Made by a program: the position numbers and the translations under genes. DNA of 64,000 nucleotides from Escherichia coli (lineage in GTDB: Bacteria > Pseudomonadota > Gammaproteobacteria > Enterobacterales > Enterobacteriaceae). The notes beneath the pieces were generated by a model, which did no database searches, was not told where the DNA came from, and saw only the letters and a program-made list of their open reading frames with translations. This document shows, piece after piece, positions 1 through 18,461 of the stretch. Every line of letters starts with the position of its first letter. The first letter of the stretch is position 1. The stretch is from assembly GCF_003790525.1 (NCBI RefSeq), contig NZ_CP033635.1; one strand, given 5' to 3'.

Positions 1-558
1 CTACCAGGCAAGGACGGCATGACCATTTGTCGTGATTTACGCGCAAAGTGGTCCGGACCGATTGTTCTTCTAACCTCTCTCGATAGCGATATGAACCACA
101 TCCTGGCACTGGAAATGGGCGCCTGCGACTATATTCTCAAAACGACGCCCCCTGCTGTTTTGCTAGCGCGTTTACGTTTGCATTTGCGTCAGAATGAGCA
201 AGCCACAGTGACCAAAGGTATTCAGGAAACGTCTCTGACTCCCTACAAAGCCCTGCATTTCGGCACGTTGACCATCGATCCCATCAACCGCGTAGTCACC
301 CTGGCTAACACTGAAATCTCGCTCTCGACAGCTGATTTCGAATTATTGTGGGAATTAGCTACCCATGCCGGGCAAATCATGGACCGCGATGCATTGCTGA
401 AAAATTTACGCGGCGTCAGTTATGACGGTCTGGATCGTAGCGTGGACGTGGCTATTTCGCGGTTAAGAAAAAAACTGCTCGATAACGCCGCAGAACCTTA
501 TCGTATTAAAACCGTGCGTAACAAAGGCTATCTTTTTGCGCCTCATGCGTGGGAATAA
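1..558 (+). CDS. rstA: Response regulator RstA, C-terminal part (5' end lies upstream of the window)
   Basis: Frame-1 ORF open from base 1; translation matches the OmpR-family winged-helix output domain; immediately followed by rstB, as in the rstAB operon. Confidence 0.9.
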   Translation, partial: LPGKDGMTICRDLRAKWSGPIVLLTSLDSDMNHILALEMGACDYILKTTPPAVLLARLRLHLRQNEQATVTKGIQETSLTPYKALHFGTLTIDPINRVVTLANTEISLSTADFELLWELATHAGQIMDRDALLKNLRGVSYDGLDRSVDVAISRLRKKLLDNAAEPYRIKTVRNKGYLFAPHAWE

Positions 559-561
559 GCG

Positions 562-1863
562 ATGAAAAAACTGTTTATCCAGTTTTACCTGTTATTGTTT
601 GTCTGCTTCCTTGTGATGTCTCTGCTGGTCGGGCTGGTGTACAAATTTACCGCCGAACGCGCAGGCAAACAGTCGCTGGATGATTTGATGAACAGTTCGC
701 TGTATCTGATGCGCAGCGAATTGCGTGAGATCCCCCCACACGACTGGGGTAAGACGCTGAAAGAGATGGATTTAAATCTCTCTTTCGATCTGCGTGTCGA
801 GCCGCTGAGTAAATACCATCTTGATGATATTTCCATGCACCGGCTGCGTGGCGGCGAAATTGTCGCTCTGGACGATCAGTACACCTTTTTGCAACGTATC
901 CCGCGCAGCCACTACGTGCTGGCAGTTGGTCCTGTTCCTTATCTTTATTACCTCCATCAGATGCGATTACTGGATATCGCCCTGATCGCTTTTATTGCTA
1001 TTTCCCTCGCCTTTCCGGTGTTTATCTGGATGCGTCCGCACTGGCAGGATATGTTAAAACTGGAAGCAGCGGCGCAACGATTTGGCGATGGGCATCTCAA
1101 TGAACGTATCCACTTTGATGAGGGTTCGAGCTTTGAACGACTTGGTGTTGCATTTAACCAGATGGCGGACAATATCAACGCCTTGATTGCCAGCAAAAAA
1201 CAGCTTATTGACGGTATCGCTCACGAACTGCGAACACCGTTAGTGCGCCTGCGTTATCGACTGGAGATGAGCGATAACCTGAGCGCCGCCGAATCCCAGG
1301 CGTTGAACCGCGATATCAGTCAACTTGAAGCTTTAATTGAAGAGCTTCTGACTTATGCCCGACTCGATCGCCCACAAAATGAGCTTCATCTTAGCGAACC
1401 AGACCTGCCGTTGTGGCTGTCAACGCATCTGGCAGATATTCAGGCAGTAACGCCCGATAAAACGGTACGGATAAAAACGCTCATGCAAGGCCATTATGCG
1501 GCGTTGGATATGCGCTTAATGGAGCGCGTGCTGGATAATTTGCTCAATAACGCCCTGCGCTACTGTCATTCAACGGTTGAAACCAGCCTGCTACTGTCGG
1601 GGAATAGAGCGACATTAATTGTTGAGGATGATGGCCCAGGGATTGCCCCAGAAAACCGCGAACATATCTTTGAACCTTTTGTTCGCCTCGATCCCAGCCG
1701 GGATCGCTCAACCGGCGGCTGCGGGCTGGGGCTGGCAATTGTCCACTCTATAGCACTGGCAATGGGCGGTACGGTTAATTGTGACACCAGCGAACTGGGT
1801 GGTGCCCGCTTCTCGTTTAGCTGGCCGTTATGGCATAACATCCCGCAATTTACCTCTGCCTGA
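562..1863 (+). CDS. rstB: Sensor histidine kinase RstB
   Basis: 433 aa; N-terminal transmembrane segments, HAMP region, H-box (IAHELRTPL) and HATPase motifs; starts 4 nt after the rstA stop. Confidence 0.9.
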   Translation: MKKLFIQFYLLLFVCFLVMSLLVGLVYKFTAERAGKQSLDDLMNSSLYLMRSELREIPPHDWGKTLKEMDLNLSFDLRVEPLSKYHLDDISMHRLRGGEIVALDDQYTFLQRIPRSHYVLAVGPVPYLYYLHQMRLLDIALIAFIAISLAFPVFIWMRPHWQDMLKLEAAAQRFGDGHLNERIHFDEGSSFERLGVAFNQMADNINALIASKKQLIDGIAHELRTPLVRLRYRLEMSDNLSAAESQALNRDISQLEALIEELLTYARLDRPQNELHLSEPDLPLWLSTHLADIQAVTPDKTVRIKTLMQGHYAALDMRLMERVLDNLLNNALRYCHSTVETSLLLSGNRATLIVEDDGPGIAPENREHIFEPFVRLDPSRDRSTGGCGLGLAIVHSIALAMGGTVNCDTSELGGARFSFSWPLWHNIPQFTSA

Positions 1864-1905
1864 CACTATGCGCACGGTGGTCAAGTCACCACCATTGTGC
1901 TATAA

Positions 1906-4268
<2,363 letters not shown>

Positions 4269-4380
4269 GGCCTGCTCCTCACCTGATTAATTTTTTCTTT
4301 CTGTTTTGCTTTCGTTAAGCAACTTTTAGCTCACTCATTATTTACTATTTGATAACAAATGTTTGGTCTTTCGTGCCATG

Positions 4381-4406
4381 TAAAAAAACCGCCCCGAAGG
4401 GCGGCT
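4381..4406 (-). terminator. Rho-independent terminator downstream of fumA
   Basis: GC-rich hairpin (GCCGCCC-TTCG-GGGCGGC on the minus strand) followed by a run of seven U; lies 5 nt past the fumA stop. Confidence 0.7.
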
Positions 4407-4410
4407 CTGT

Positions 4411-6057
4411 TTATTTCACACAGCGGGTGCACTGTGTGAGTTGTATCTGCTGGAAGAAGTCATTTCCTTTATCATCCACAAGGATAAATGCCGGGAAATC
4501 TTCCACTTCAATTTTCCAGATGGCTTCCATTCCCAGTTCCGGATATTCAACACATTCCAGGCTCTTAATACTACCCTGCGCCAATACAGCGGCCGGACCA
4601 CCGATACTGCCAAGGTAGAAACCGCCGTGTTTTTTACAGGCATCCGTCACCTGCTGGCTGCGGTTGCCTTTCGCCAGCATGATCATACTTCCTCCCTGCG
4701 CTTGCAGTTGATCGACATAAGAATCCATCCGTCCGGCGGTCGTTGGGCCAAGAGAACCGGAGGCATAACCTTCCGGCGTTTTGGCCGGACCCGCATAGTA
4801 AATCGGATGATCTTTGATGTACTGCGGCAGCCCTTCACCGTTATCCATCCGCTCTTTCAGTTTGGCGTGAGCAATATCACGACCGACGATAATCGTGCCA
4901 TTCAGCGATAAGCGTGTAGAAACGGGATACTGCGACAACTGTGCGAGGATCTCTTTCATCGGACGGTTAAGGTCAACGCGCACCGCTTCGCCTTCTCCCG
5001 CTTTGCGCAGCTCTTCCGGGATATATTTTCCTGGATTATGTTCCAGTTTTTCGATCCAGATCCCCTGACGGTTGATCTTCGCTTTGATATTACGGTCAGC
5101 AGAACAGGAGACGCCCATACCGACCGGGCAGGATGCGCCGTGACGTGGCAGGCGAATCACGCGGATGTCGTGAGCGAAGTATTTACCACCAAACTGCGCA
5201 CCCAGACCAAGATTTTGCGCTTCGATCAGCAATTCTTTTTCCAGTTCCACATCGCGGAACGCCTGTCCGTGCTCATTCCCTTCCGTTGGCAGTTCATCAT
5301 AGTATTTAGCGGAAGCCAGTTTCACCGTTTTAAGGTTCGTTTCTGCAGAAGTTCCACCAATAACGAACGCAATATGATACGGAGGACAGGCCGCCGTACC
5401 CAGCGTGCGCATCTTCTCAACCAGGTAATTTTTCAGTTTCCCCGGCGTTAGTAACGCTTTGGTTTCCTGATACAGATACGTCTTGTTTGCCGAACCGCCA
5501 CCTTTGGCGATACAGAGGAATTTGTACTCGTCGCCATCAACGGCATAAAGATCGATCTGCGCTGGTAGATTGGTGCCGGTATTCACCTCTTTATACATAT
5601 CCAGCGGCGCGTTTTGCGAGTAGCGCAGATTATCTTCGATATAAGTGTTATAGACACCGCGTGCCAGCGCCGCTTCATCACCGCCACCGGTCCATACACG
5701 CTGCCCTTTTTTACCAACAATAATCGCGGTGCCGGTATCCTGACAGGTCGGCAGAATGCCTTTCGCCGCGATGTCGGAGTTACGCAGGAATTGCAGCGCC
5801 ACATATTTATCATTTTCGCTGGCTTCCGGGTCACGCAGAATGTCGGCCACCTGTTGTTGGTGAGCCGGACGCAGCATAAATGACGCATCATGAAACGCTT
5901 GACGCGCCAACAGAGTTAACGCTTCGGGTGCGACTTTCAAAATCTCCTGCCCTTCAAATTCAGATACGCTAACGTGTTCGCTGGTTAGCAGGTAATACTC
6001 AGTATCATCTTTTTTGAGTGGAAAAGGAGCCTGATAATGAAAGGGTTTGTTTGACAT
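4411..6057 (-). CDS. fumA: Fumarate hydratase class I, aerobic (Fe-S fumarase A)
   Basis: 548 aa; class I Fe-S hydrolyase family; upstream of fumC in the same orientation. Confidence 0.95.
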   Translation of the reverse strand: MSNKPFHYQAPFPLKKDDTEYYLLTSEHVSVSEFEGQEILKVAPEALTLLARQAFHDASFMLRPAHQQQVADILRDPEASENDKYVALQFLRNSDIAAKGILPTCQDTGTAIIVGKKGQRVWTGGGDEAALARGVYNTYIEDNLRYSQNAPLDMYKEVNTGTNLPAQIDLYAVDGDEYKFLCIAKGGGSANKTYLYQETKALLTPGKLKNYLVEKMRTLGTAACPPYHIAFVIGGTSAETNLKTVKLASAKYYDELPTEGNEHGQAFRDVELEKELLIEAQNLGLGAQFGGKYFAHDIRVIRLPRHGASCPVGMGVSCSADRNIKAKINRQGIWIEKLEHNPGKYIPEELRKAGEGEAVRVDLNRPMKEILAQLSQYPVSTRLSLNGTIIVGRDIAHAKLKERMDNGEGLPQYIKDHPIYYAGPAKTPEGYASGSLGPTTAGRMDSYVDQLQAQGGSMIMLAKGNRSQQVTDACKKHGGFYLGSIGGPAAVLAQGSIKSLECVEYPELGMEAIWKIEVEDFPAFILVDDKGNDFFQQIQLTQCTRCVK

Positions 6058-6255
6058 TGTTCTCTCACTTACTGCCTGGTTTGGTTATGCTCTGGGCGGG
6101 TGTTCCGTTGCCCTGTTAAAAGCGAGTAACAATATCCTACACACTTTTTTAACAAAAACTGAGACTAGTACGACTTTTTGCGGCTCCAGGTTACTTCCCG
6201 TAGGATTCTTGCTTTAATAGCGGGATTAATTTCCACATTAAAACAGGGATTGATC

Positions 6256-7431
6256 ATGCAAAAACTCATTAACTCAGTGCAAAACTATGCCTGGGGCAGC
6301 AAAACGGCGTTGACTGAACTTTATGGTATGGAAAATCCGTCCAGCCAGCCGATGGCCGAGCTGTGGATGGGCGCACATCCGAAAAGCAGTTCACGAGTGC
6401 AGAATGCCGCCGGAGATATCGTTTCACTGCGTGATGTGATTGAGAGTGATAAAGCGACTCTTTTGGGAGATGCCGTTGCCAAACGCTTTGGCGAACTGCC
6501 TTTCCTGTTCAAAGTATTATGCGCAGCACAGCCGCTCTCCATTCAGGTTCATCCAAACAAACGCAATTCTGAAATCGGTTTTGCCAAAGAAAATGCCGCA
6601 GGTATTCCGATGGATGCCGCCGAGCGTAACTATAAAGATCCTAACCACAAGCCGGAGCTGGTTTTTGCGCTGACGCCTTTCCTTGCGATGAACGCGTTTC
6701 GTGAGTTTTCCGAGATTGTCTCCCTGCTCCAGCCGGTCGCAGGTGCACATCCGGCGATTGCTCACTTTTTACAACAGCCTGATGCCGAACGTTTAAGCGA
6801 ACTGTTCGCCAGCCTGTTGAATATGCAGGGTGAAGAAAAATCCCGCGCGCTGGCGATTTTAAAATCGGCCCTCGACAGCCAGCAGGGTGAACCGTGGCAA
6901 ACGATTCGTTTAATTTCTGAATTTTACCCGGATGACAGCGGTCTGTTCTCCCCGCTGTTGCTGAATGTGGTGAAATTGAATCCTGGCGAAGCGATGTTCC
7001 TGTTCGCTGAAACGCCGCACGCTTACCTGCAAGGCGTGGCGCTGGAAGTGATGGCGAACTCCGATAACGTGCTGCGTGCGGGTCTGACGCCTAAATATAT
7101 TGATATTCCGGAACTGGTTGCCAATGTGAAGTTCGAAGCCAAACCGGCTAACCAGTTGTTGACCCAGCCGGTGAAACAAGGTGCAGAACTGGACTTCCCG
7201 ATTCCTGTGGATGATTTTGCCTTCTCGCTGCATGACCTTAGTGATAAAGAAACCACCATTAGCCAGCAGAGTGCCGCCATTTTGTTCTGCGTCGAAGGCG
7301 ATGCAACGCTGTGTAAAGGTTCTCAGCAGTTACAGCTTAAACCGGGTGAATCAGCGTTTATTGCCGCCAACGAATCACCGGTGACTGTCAAAGGCCACGG
7401 TCGTTTAGCGCGTGTTTACAACAAGCTGTAA
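6256..7431 (+). CDS. manA: Mannose-6-phosphate isomerase
   Basis: 391 aa from MQKLINSVQNYAWGS; the tracked ORF starts at an upstream TTG, but the ATG at 6256 has an AGGGA Shine-Dalgarno sequence. Confidence 0.9.
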   Translation: MQKLINSVQNYAWGSKTALTELYGMENPSSQPMAELWMGAHPKSSSRVQNAAGDIVSLRDVIESDKATLLGDAVAKRFGELPFLFKVLCAAQPLSIQVHPNKRNSEIGFAKENAAGIPMDAAERNYKDPNHKPELVFALTPFLAMNAFREFSEIVSLLQPVAGAHPAIAHFLQQPDAERLSELFASLLNMQGEEKSRALAILKSALDSQQGEPWQTIRLISEFYPDDSGLFSPLLLNVVKLNPGEAMFLFAETPHAYLQGVALEVMANSDNVLRAGLTPKYIDIPELVANVKFEAKPANQLLTQPVKQGAELDFPIPVDDFAFSLHDLSDKETTISQQSAAILFCVEGDATLCKGSQQLQLKPGESAFIAANESPVTVKGHGRLARVYNKL

Positions 7432-7531
7432 GAGCTTACTGAAAAAATTAACATCTCTTGCTAAGCTTATTAAAGGCTTATAACACCTTCAGGCGGCCAG
7501 TCCGCCTGATTTCATTTTATGGATAATCATT

Positions 7532-9040
7532 ATGAATAAATCGCTGGTAGCGGTAGGCGTCATTGTTGCGCTAGGCGTAGTCTGGACAGGCGGCGCATGG
7601 TATACAGGCAAGAAGATTGAAACCCATCTCGAAGACATGGTCGCGCAGGCGAACGCGCAACTCAAACTGACCGCTCCTGAATCCAACCTGGAAGTGAGTT
7701 ATCAAAACTATCATCGCGGCGTATTCAGCAGTCAGCTGCAACTGTTGGTGAAACCCATTGCCGGGAAAGAAAATCCGTGGATTAAAAGCGGTCAGAGCGT
7801 CATCTTCAACGAATCGGTTGATCATGGTCCCTTCCCCCTTGCCCAGCTAAAAAAACTGAACCTGCTCCCGTCGATGGCATCAATTCAAACCACGCTGGTT
7901 AATAACGAAGTTAGCAAGCCACTGTTTGATATGGCAAAAGGTGAAACGCCTTTTGAGATTAACTCCCGCATTGGTTACAGCGGAGATTCCAGTTCCGATA
8001 TTTCGCTCAAGCCGCTGAATTACGAGCAAAAGGATGAAAAAGTCGCCTTTAGCGGCGGCGAGTTCCAGTTAAATGCGGACAGAGACGGCAAAGCTATCTC
8101 CCTTTCCGGAGAGGCGCAAAGTGGTCGGATAGACGCAGTTAACGAATACAACCAGAAAGTGCAGTTGACCTTTAATAATCTGAAAACCGACGGTTCCAGC
8201 ACGCTGGCAAGTTTTGGTGAGCGCGTAGGAAACCAAAAACTGTCACTGGAAAAAATGACCATTTCAGTGGAAGGCAAAGAACTGGCACTGCTGGAAGGCA
8301 TGGAGATCAGCGGTAAATCGGATCTGGTCAATGACGGTAAAACGATCAATAGCCAACTGGATTACTCGCTAAACAGCCTGAAGGTACAGAATCAGGATCT
8401 GGGCAGTGGCAAGCTGACTTTAAAAGTCGGCCAGATTGATGGTGAAGCCTGGCATCAGTTTAGCCAGCAATATAACGCGCAAACTCAGGCGCTGCTGGCA
8501 CAGCCAGAAATTGCCAACAATCCCGAACTTTATCAGGAGAAAGTGACGGAAGCCTTCTTTAGCGCCCTGCCGCTGATGTTGAAAGGCGATCCGGTGATTA
8601 CTATCGCGCCGCTAAGCTGGAAAAACAGTCAGGGTGAAAGTGCGCTGAATCTGTCGCTGTTCCTGAAAGATCCGGCAACGACTAAAGAAGCGCCGCAAAC
8701 GCTGACGCAGGAAGTAGATCGTTCGGTTAAATCTCTGGATGCGAAACTGACCATTCCGGTGGATATGGCAACTGAGTTGATGACTCAGGTAGCGAAGCTG
8801 GAAGGTTATCAGGAAGATCAAGCGAAAAAACTGGCGAAACAGCAAGTTGAAGGTGCATCAGCAATGGGGCAGATGTTCCGTCTGACCACCTTGCAGGACA
8901 ATACCATCACCACCAGCCTGCAATATGCTAACGGTCAGATAACGTTAAACGGGCAGAAAATGCCACTGGAAGATTTCGTGGGTATGTTTGCGATGCCGAC
9001 ATTAAACGTTCCGGCTGTACCCGCTATTCCGCAGCAGTAA
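7532..9040 (+). CDS. ydgA: Uncharacterised protein YdgA (DUF945 family), N-terminal signal/anchor
   Basis: 502 aa; hydrophobic N-terminus (LVAVGVIVALGVVWTGGAWY); otherwise a hydrophilic, probably periplasmic protein. Confidence 0.85.
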   Translation: MNKSLVAVGVIVALGVVWTGGAWYTGKKIETHLEDMVAQANAQLKLTAPESNLEVSYQNYHRGVFSSQLQLLVKPIAGKENPWIKSGQSVIFNESVDHGPFPLAQLKKLNLLPSMASIQTTLVNNEVSKPLFDMAKGETPFEINSRIGYSGDSSSDISLKPLNYEQKDEKVAFSGGEFQLNADRDGKAISLSGEAQSGRIDAVNEYNQKVQLTFNNLKTDGSSTLASFGERVGNQKLSLEKMTISVEGKELALLEGMEISGKSDLVNDGKTINSQLDYSLNSLKVQNQDLGSGKLTLKVGQIDGEAWHQFSQQYNAQTQALLAQPEIANNPELYQEKVTEAFFSALPLMLKGDPVITIAPLSWKNSQGESALNLSLFLKDPATTKEAPQTLTQEVDRSVKSLDAKLTIPVDMATELMTQVAKLEGYQEDQAKKLAKQQVEGASAMGQMFRLTTLQDNTITTSLQYANGQITLNGQKMPLEDFVGMFAMPTLNVPAVPAIPQQ

Positions 9041-9053
9041 TTCACAGCCAAAA

Positions 9054-9084
9054 CGCCGGAGATTTTTCTCTCCGGCGTTTTTTC
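9054..9084. terminator. Bidirectional rho-independent terminator between ydgA and uidC
   Basis: Perfect 9-bp stem CGCCGGAGA/TCTCCGGCG with A-tract before and T-tract after, so it can terminate on either strand. Confidence 0.7.
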
Positions 9085-10350
9085 TTACTTCAGCATAAAG
9101 TCATACTGAATACTCATTTTCACATCCCAGTAATTCAGGCGATCGCCCAGCGTACTGCCATCGCGCTTTTCCCGCCCTTTATCGGCAGCAAGAAAGAAAT
9201 TCATCCCTTGTAACGGCCCTTCGCTGACCCGATAGTTCATACCCCCTAAGATACCCGCGCCTTCAATCCGCACATCTCGTTTACTGGATTCATAGCCGCG
9301 GGTCACAATCGGTGCAAATGTCAGCGTAAATTGCGGAGTTAAACGATAGTTGACGCCCAATTGCCAGGACTGCATTCCTTCACGGTTACGATCAAGACTT
9401 AATGAAAAGGGATAGCCAATGTCGGTGTCCACCACGGCACCATTCATTGCATGGCGCAAATAACCACCACTGCCAAATACGCTTCCCCACGGCGCATTCC
9501 AGGTCAATTGTCCACTAACCAACGCCGTTTCATTGGGCTGGCTGGTATTACGACTTAAACCTTCGAGTTGCGCGTAAAAGCCGAGCAACTCCCCTTTCAA
9601 CGTATAATTCGGGTCGAGCGGTATGCTTTTCTCGAGAATACTTTGTAACTGATTGGAAACATCTTTCTGTACCGATGCCCCCAGAGAATAGCGACTGGTA
9701 TCATCATGCCAACTGGCGGCTAAAAAAGAACGTGCGCGATGTTTATCGTATTTTCCCGTCTGGCTGTTATACACCCCTTCATCACGAATACCGGTTGTTG
9801 AATCGGTCCATAAAAATACTCGTGAACGCCACATTCCCCACAGATCAATATTTGGCGTTAAAGCCCAATAACCTAATGCTCCTTCAGAAACTGTCGGTAA
9901 TGTACGTTGCGAACTGCCAGCCATTAACGGAATACGATAAGGTAAGCTACCATAACTATAATCCGTCCCGAAGCGACCTAATTTAAGCAGACTACTTTCA
10001 CTGGGTTTTATTTTTACTGCCCCCAGGGCAAAGCCAAAACTTTTATCACCATCAAGATACCACCGGGTACTCATATCAGCACGAGCACCTAATTTATAAA
10101 CATAATACGCCCCGCCTTCAACGCCAATAATATTGGAATAGTAACCACTATTGAAATCGAGCAATCCTCCCTGTACCCATGCGTAAATATCTCTTCCCGC
10201 GCCAGCACTGGGCTTATCAGCCCTGCGTAATTCATTTTTCAGTCTGATGCGTAGTCCCGCTTCATCGTCAGCCAGTTGCGCCGCATAAGCAGAGGTAAGG
10301 CCAGAGGCAGCCGTCAGGCAAATAACGGCCATGGCCACTATTTTTCTCAT
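9085..10350 (-). CDS. uidC: Outer-membrane glucuronide porin UidC
   Basis: 421 aa; signal peptide (MRKIVAMAVICLTAASGLTSAYA) and C-terminal aromatic residue typical of beta-barrel proteins. Confidence 0.9.
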   Translation of the reverse strand: MRKIVAMAVICLTAASGLTSAYAAQLADDEAGLRIRLKNELRRADKPSAGAGRDIYAWVQGGLLDFNSGYYSNIIGVEGGAYYVYKLGARADMSTRWYLDGDKSFGFALGAVKIKPSESSLLKLGRFGTDYSYGSLPYRIPLMAGSSQRTLPTVSEGALGYWALTPNIDLWGMWRSRVFLWTDSTTGIRDEGVYNSQTGKYDKHRARSFLAASWHDDTSRYSLGASVQKDVSNQLQSILEKSIPLDPNYTLKGELLGFYAQLEGLSRNTSQPNETALVSGQLTWNAPWGSVFGSGGYLRHAMNGAVVDTDIGYPFSLSLDRNREGMQSWQLGVNYRLTPQFTLTFAPIVTRGYESSKRDVRIEGAGILGGMNYRVSEGPLQGMNFFLAADKGREKRDGSTLGDRLNYWDVKMSIQYDFMLK

Positions 10351-10388
10351 AGTTGCACCTTTGATGTTCTGATTATTTTTATTGAATA

Positions 10389-13628
<3,240 letters not shown>

Positions 13629-13959
13629 ATTCTGTGTTGCACACAGTTATCTGTGAGAAACCCACGGAAGAGAAATGGAAATAAAAAGAACTGACACCGC
13701 GATCAAAAAACCAAAAACTGCAATACCCACAGCGTGATATTGATCGCATTAATCTTTAAAACAGCGTTGACAGAAGCCACAAAATAAGCAATCGAACGTT
13801 CGTTCGAACATATTGGGAACGATAAACCCTCATGATATATTGCTACGATGAATATTTAGGTGGGATTCTCCGATCCCGGGGAGGATGATTTTTGCACAGA
13901 GAAATTACGATATGAAACGCGGGCTCAGTTGTCACCAGCCCGCGGAAAGAGAGAGAGGA

Positions 13960-14547
13960 TCAGGATGCGGTTAATATACCGCCAATCATCGCGCGTAATC
14001 CCTGAGCAAACGACGCTTCACGCGCCAGATCTTCCGCTTCGATATCGGCCAGTACACCGTAGGTCAGATCCAGCAGTAAACGTGAAGTCATTGCCGTGTT
14101 GATATCTGGGCTTATCTCGCCTTTTTGCTGGGCATCACGCATCCGCTGGGCAACAAATTCCGTGATCGTCATATGCTTATTTTTAAGCATGGCGGCGACC
14201 TGTGGGTTACGCATCCCTTCCGCCATAATTTCGACCACCAGCGCCCGTTGCCCAAAGGCTTCATGGGTGAGAGAGACAATAGACTCGACCATATAGTCAA
14301 CGAAATGAATCCCTTCAATCGGTTCCCGGAAACGGGCCAGCGCCCTCTCCTGGTCCTGTAAGATAATCGCCTGAATCAGGGCTTCTTTGGAGATGAAATG
14401 GTGATAGAGCGTCCCGGGACTAATGGCGCAAGATTTACAGATGGCTTTCATCGAGGCACTGTGAAATCCATTTTCTGAAAAAATCTCTCTGGCAGCATTG
14501 AGGATCCGGGTCCGTGTCGGTTGTGCTTCAGTTTGCATGTTATCCAT
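13960..14547 (-). CDS. uidR: TetR-family repressor of the uid operon
   Basis: 195 aa; N-terminal TetR helix-turn-helix; sits upstream of uidABC. Confidence 0.9.
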   Translation of the reverse strand: MDNMQTEAQPTRTRILNAAREIFSENGFHSASMKAICKSCAISPGTLYHHFISKEALIQAIILQDQERALARFREPIEGIHFVDYMVESIVSLTHEAFGQRALVVEIMAEGMRNPQVAAMLKNKHMTITEFVAQRMRDAQQKGEISPDINTAMTSRLLLDLTYGVLADIEAEDLAREASFAQGLRAMIGGILTAS

Positions 14548-14663
14548 CGTTAACCAATATAGTTAGCATGAATAACTAGTTTACCGCGTTGTCCGGTGAG
14601 CGCCTATCATTGCTGTTGAATAGTGCGAAGGCACACTCAATTCGTAAGCTTTTTATCCAGATA

Positions 14664-14675
14664 TTGGTTAACCAA
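14664..14675. promoter_or_regulatory. Candidate operator: perfect 12-bp palindrome TTGGTTAACCAA upstream of uidR
   Basis: Perfect palindrome about 115 bp upstream of the uidR start; the same ATATTGGTTAAC motif recurs directly before the uidR start codon (14549-14560). Confidence 0.45.
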
Positions 14676-14777
14676 TAGCCGTGATTTGGCTGCCAGTTGT
14701 TTAGCAGAGACGTTGATGAGTTGCACACGCTATCCCGGTAAACAACACATACGGCTGTTTACCGGTTCGTTAGTGTA

Positions 14778-15545
14778 TTAATTGAGCTCCTGTACCCCAC
14801 CACCGGAGACGGTGAGAATTTGTCCGCTTACCCAGCTGGCTGCAGGCGAGCAAAGGAACAGCGCCGCGTTAGCTATATCTTGCGGTTGGCCCAGACGTCT
14901 GATTGGTGTGTGTTGCAACATTTTCTGTTCAATTTCTGGTGTAATAACGGATTTCAGGGCATCGGTTAATATTGCCCCCGGCGCAATGCCATTCACCCGA
15001 ATATTTTTTTCACCAAGGTCAAACGCCATATTTCTGACCAGATGACTGGCCGCAGCTTTAGATGATGCATAGGAGGTCATGTTTATATTTTTATTTTCTG
15101 CCGCCATAGAAGTAATGGTCAAAATAACGCCACCGCCATTTTTTTCCATTTCTGGCGCAACAAGTTGTGACAGATGGAAAAAAGAAAATACATTCAGTTC
15201 ATAAGCGCGGCGAAAATCTGCCATTGGCATATCAAACGGTTTAGGACCACCGCCACCGGCGTTGTTAACCAGGATATCAACTTTACCCAACTTACTGACG
15301 GCAAAGTCTGCCAGTGCAGAGAGTTCCTGTTCGGAAGTAATATCGCAGCGGCAGGCAAATGCCTGACCACCCAGTTGTTGAATTTCATTTACAACATGAT
15401 TAGCTGCATCGGCATTAATATCACTGACCACCACAGATGCGCCAGCTGTCGCGAATGTAATGGCAATTTCTTTACCAATACCTGCACCCGCACCTGTGAT
15501 GATGGCGCATTTTCCGTCGAGTCTCAGGTTGTCAGAATTAAACAC
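14778..15545 (-). CDS. hdhA: 7-alpha-hydroxysteroid dehydrogenase
   Basis: 255 aa short-chain dehydrogenase/reductase; NAD-binding TGAGAGIG motif and catalytic YxxxK. Confidence 0.9.
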   Translation of the reverse strand: MFNSDNLRLDGKCAIITGAGAGIGKEIAITFATAGASVVVSDINADAANHVVNEIQQLGGQAFACRCDITSEQELSALADFAVSKLGKVDILVNNAGGGGPKPFDMPMADFRRAYELNVFSFFHLSQLVAPEMEKNGGGVILTITSMAAENKNINMTSYASSKAAASHLVRNMAFDLGEKNIRVNGIAPGAILTDALKSVITPEIEQKMLQHTPIRRLGQPQDIANAALFLCSPAASWVSGQILTVSGGGVQELN

Positions 15546-15656
15546 ATAAACCTCCTGTGAACTTCAGTAAAAATAAAAGGCACCGCCTGTGTGCCACATT
15601 TTTTATCATTAACCTTGAGGAAAGGACTCTACCAGGTATAGCAGATAAAGAGAGGA

Positions 15657-18452
<2,796 letters not shown>

Positions 18453-18461
18453 GGATAAGAT

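Noticed and set aside
585-1841. Multiple 60-110-aa ORFs on the opposite strand or in alternative frames within rstB, fumA, uidA, lhr, purR, mdtK and other genes
   Set aside because: All are nested inside well-supported longer genes, lack ribosome-binding sites, and are the expected frequency of spurious ORFs in 51 percent GC DNA.
13660-13722. 20-codon plus-strand ORF (MEIKRTDTAIKKPKTAIPTA) with a GGAAG-like Shine-Dalgarno sequence in the uidA-uidR intergenic region
   Set aside because: Very short, opposite to all flanking transcription, within the known uidA promoter/operator region; cannot be supported without expression data.
14736-14770. Inverted repeat CCGGTAAACA...TGTTTACCGG just downstream of hdhA, considered as a terminator
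   Set aside because: Long (11-nt) loop and no U-tract on the hdhA strand; may be a regulatory palindrome or weak terminator, but evidence is insufficient to call.
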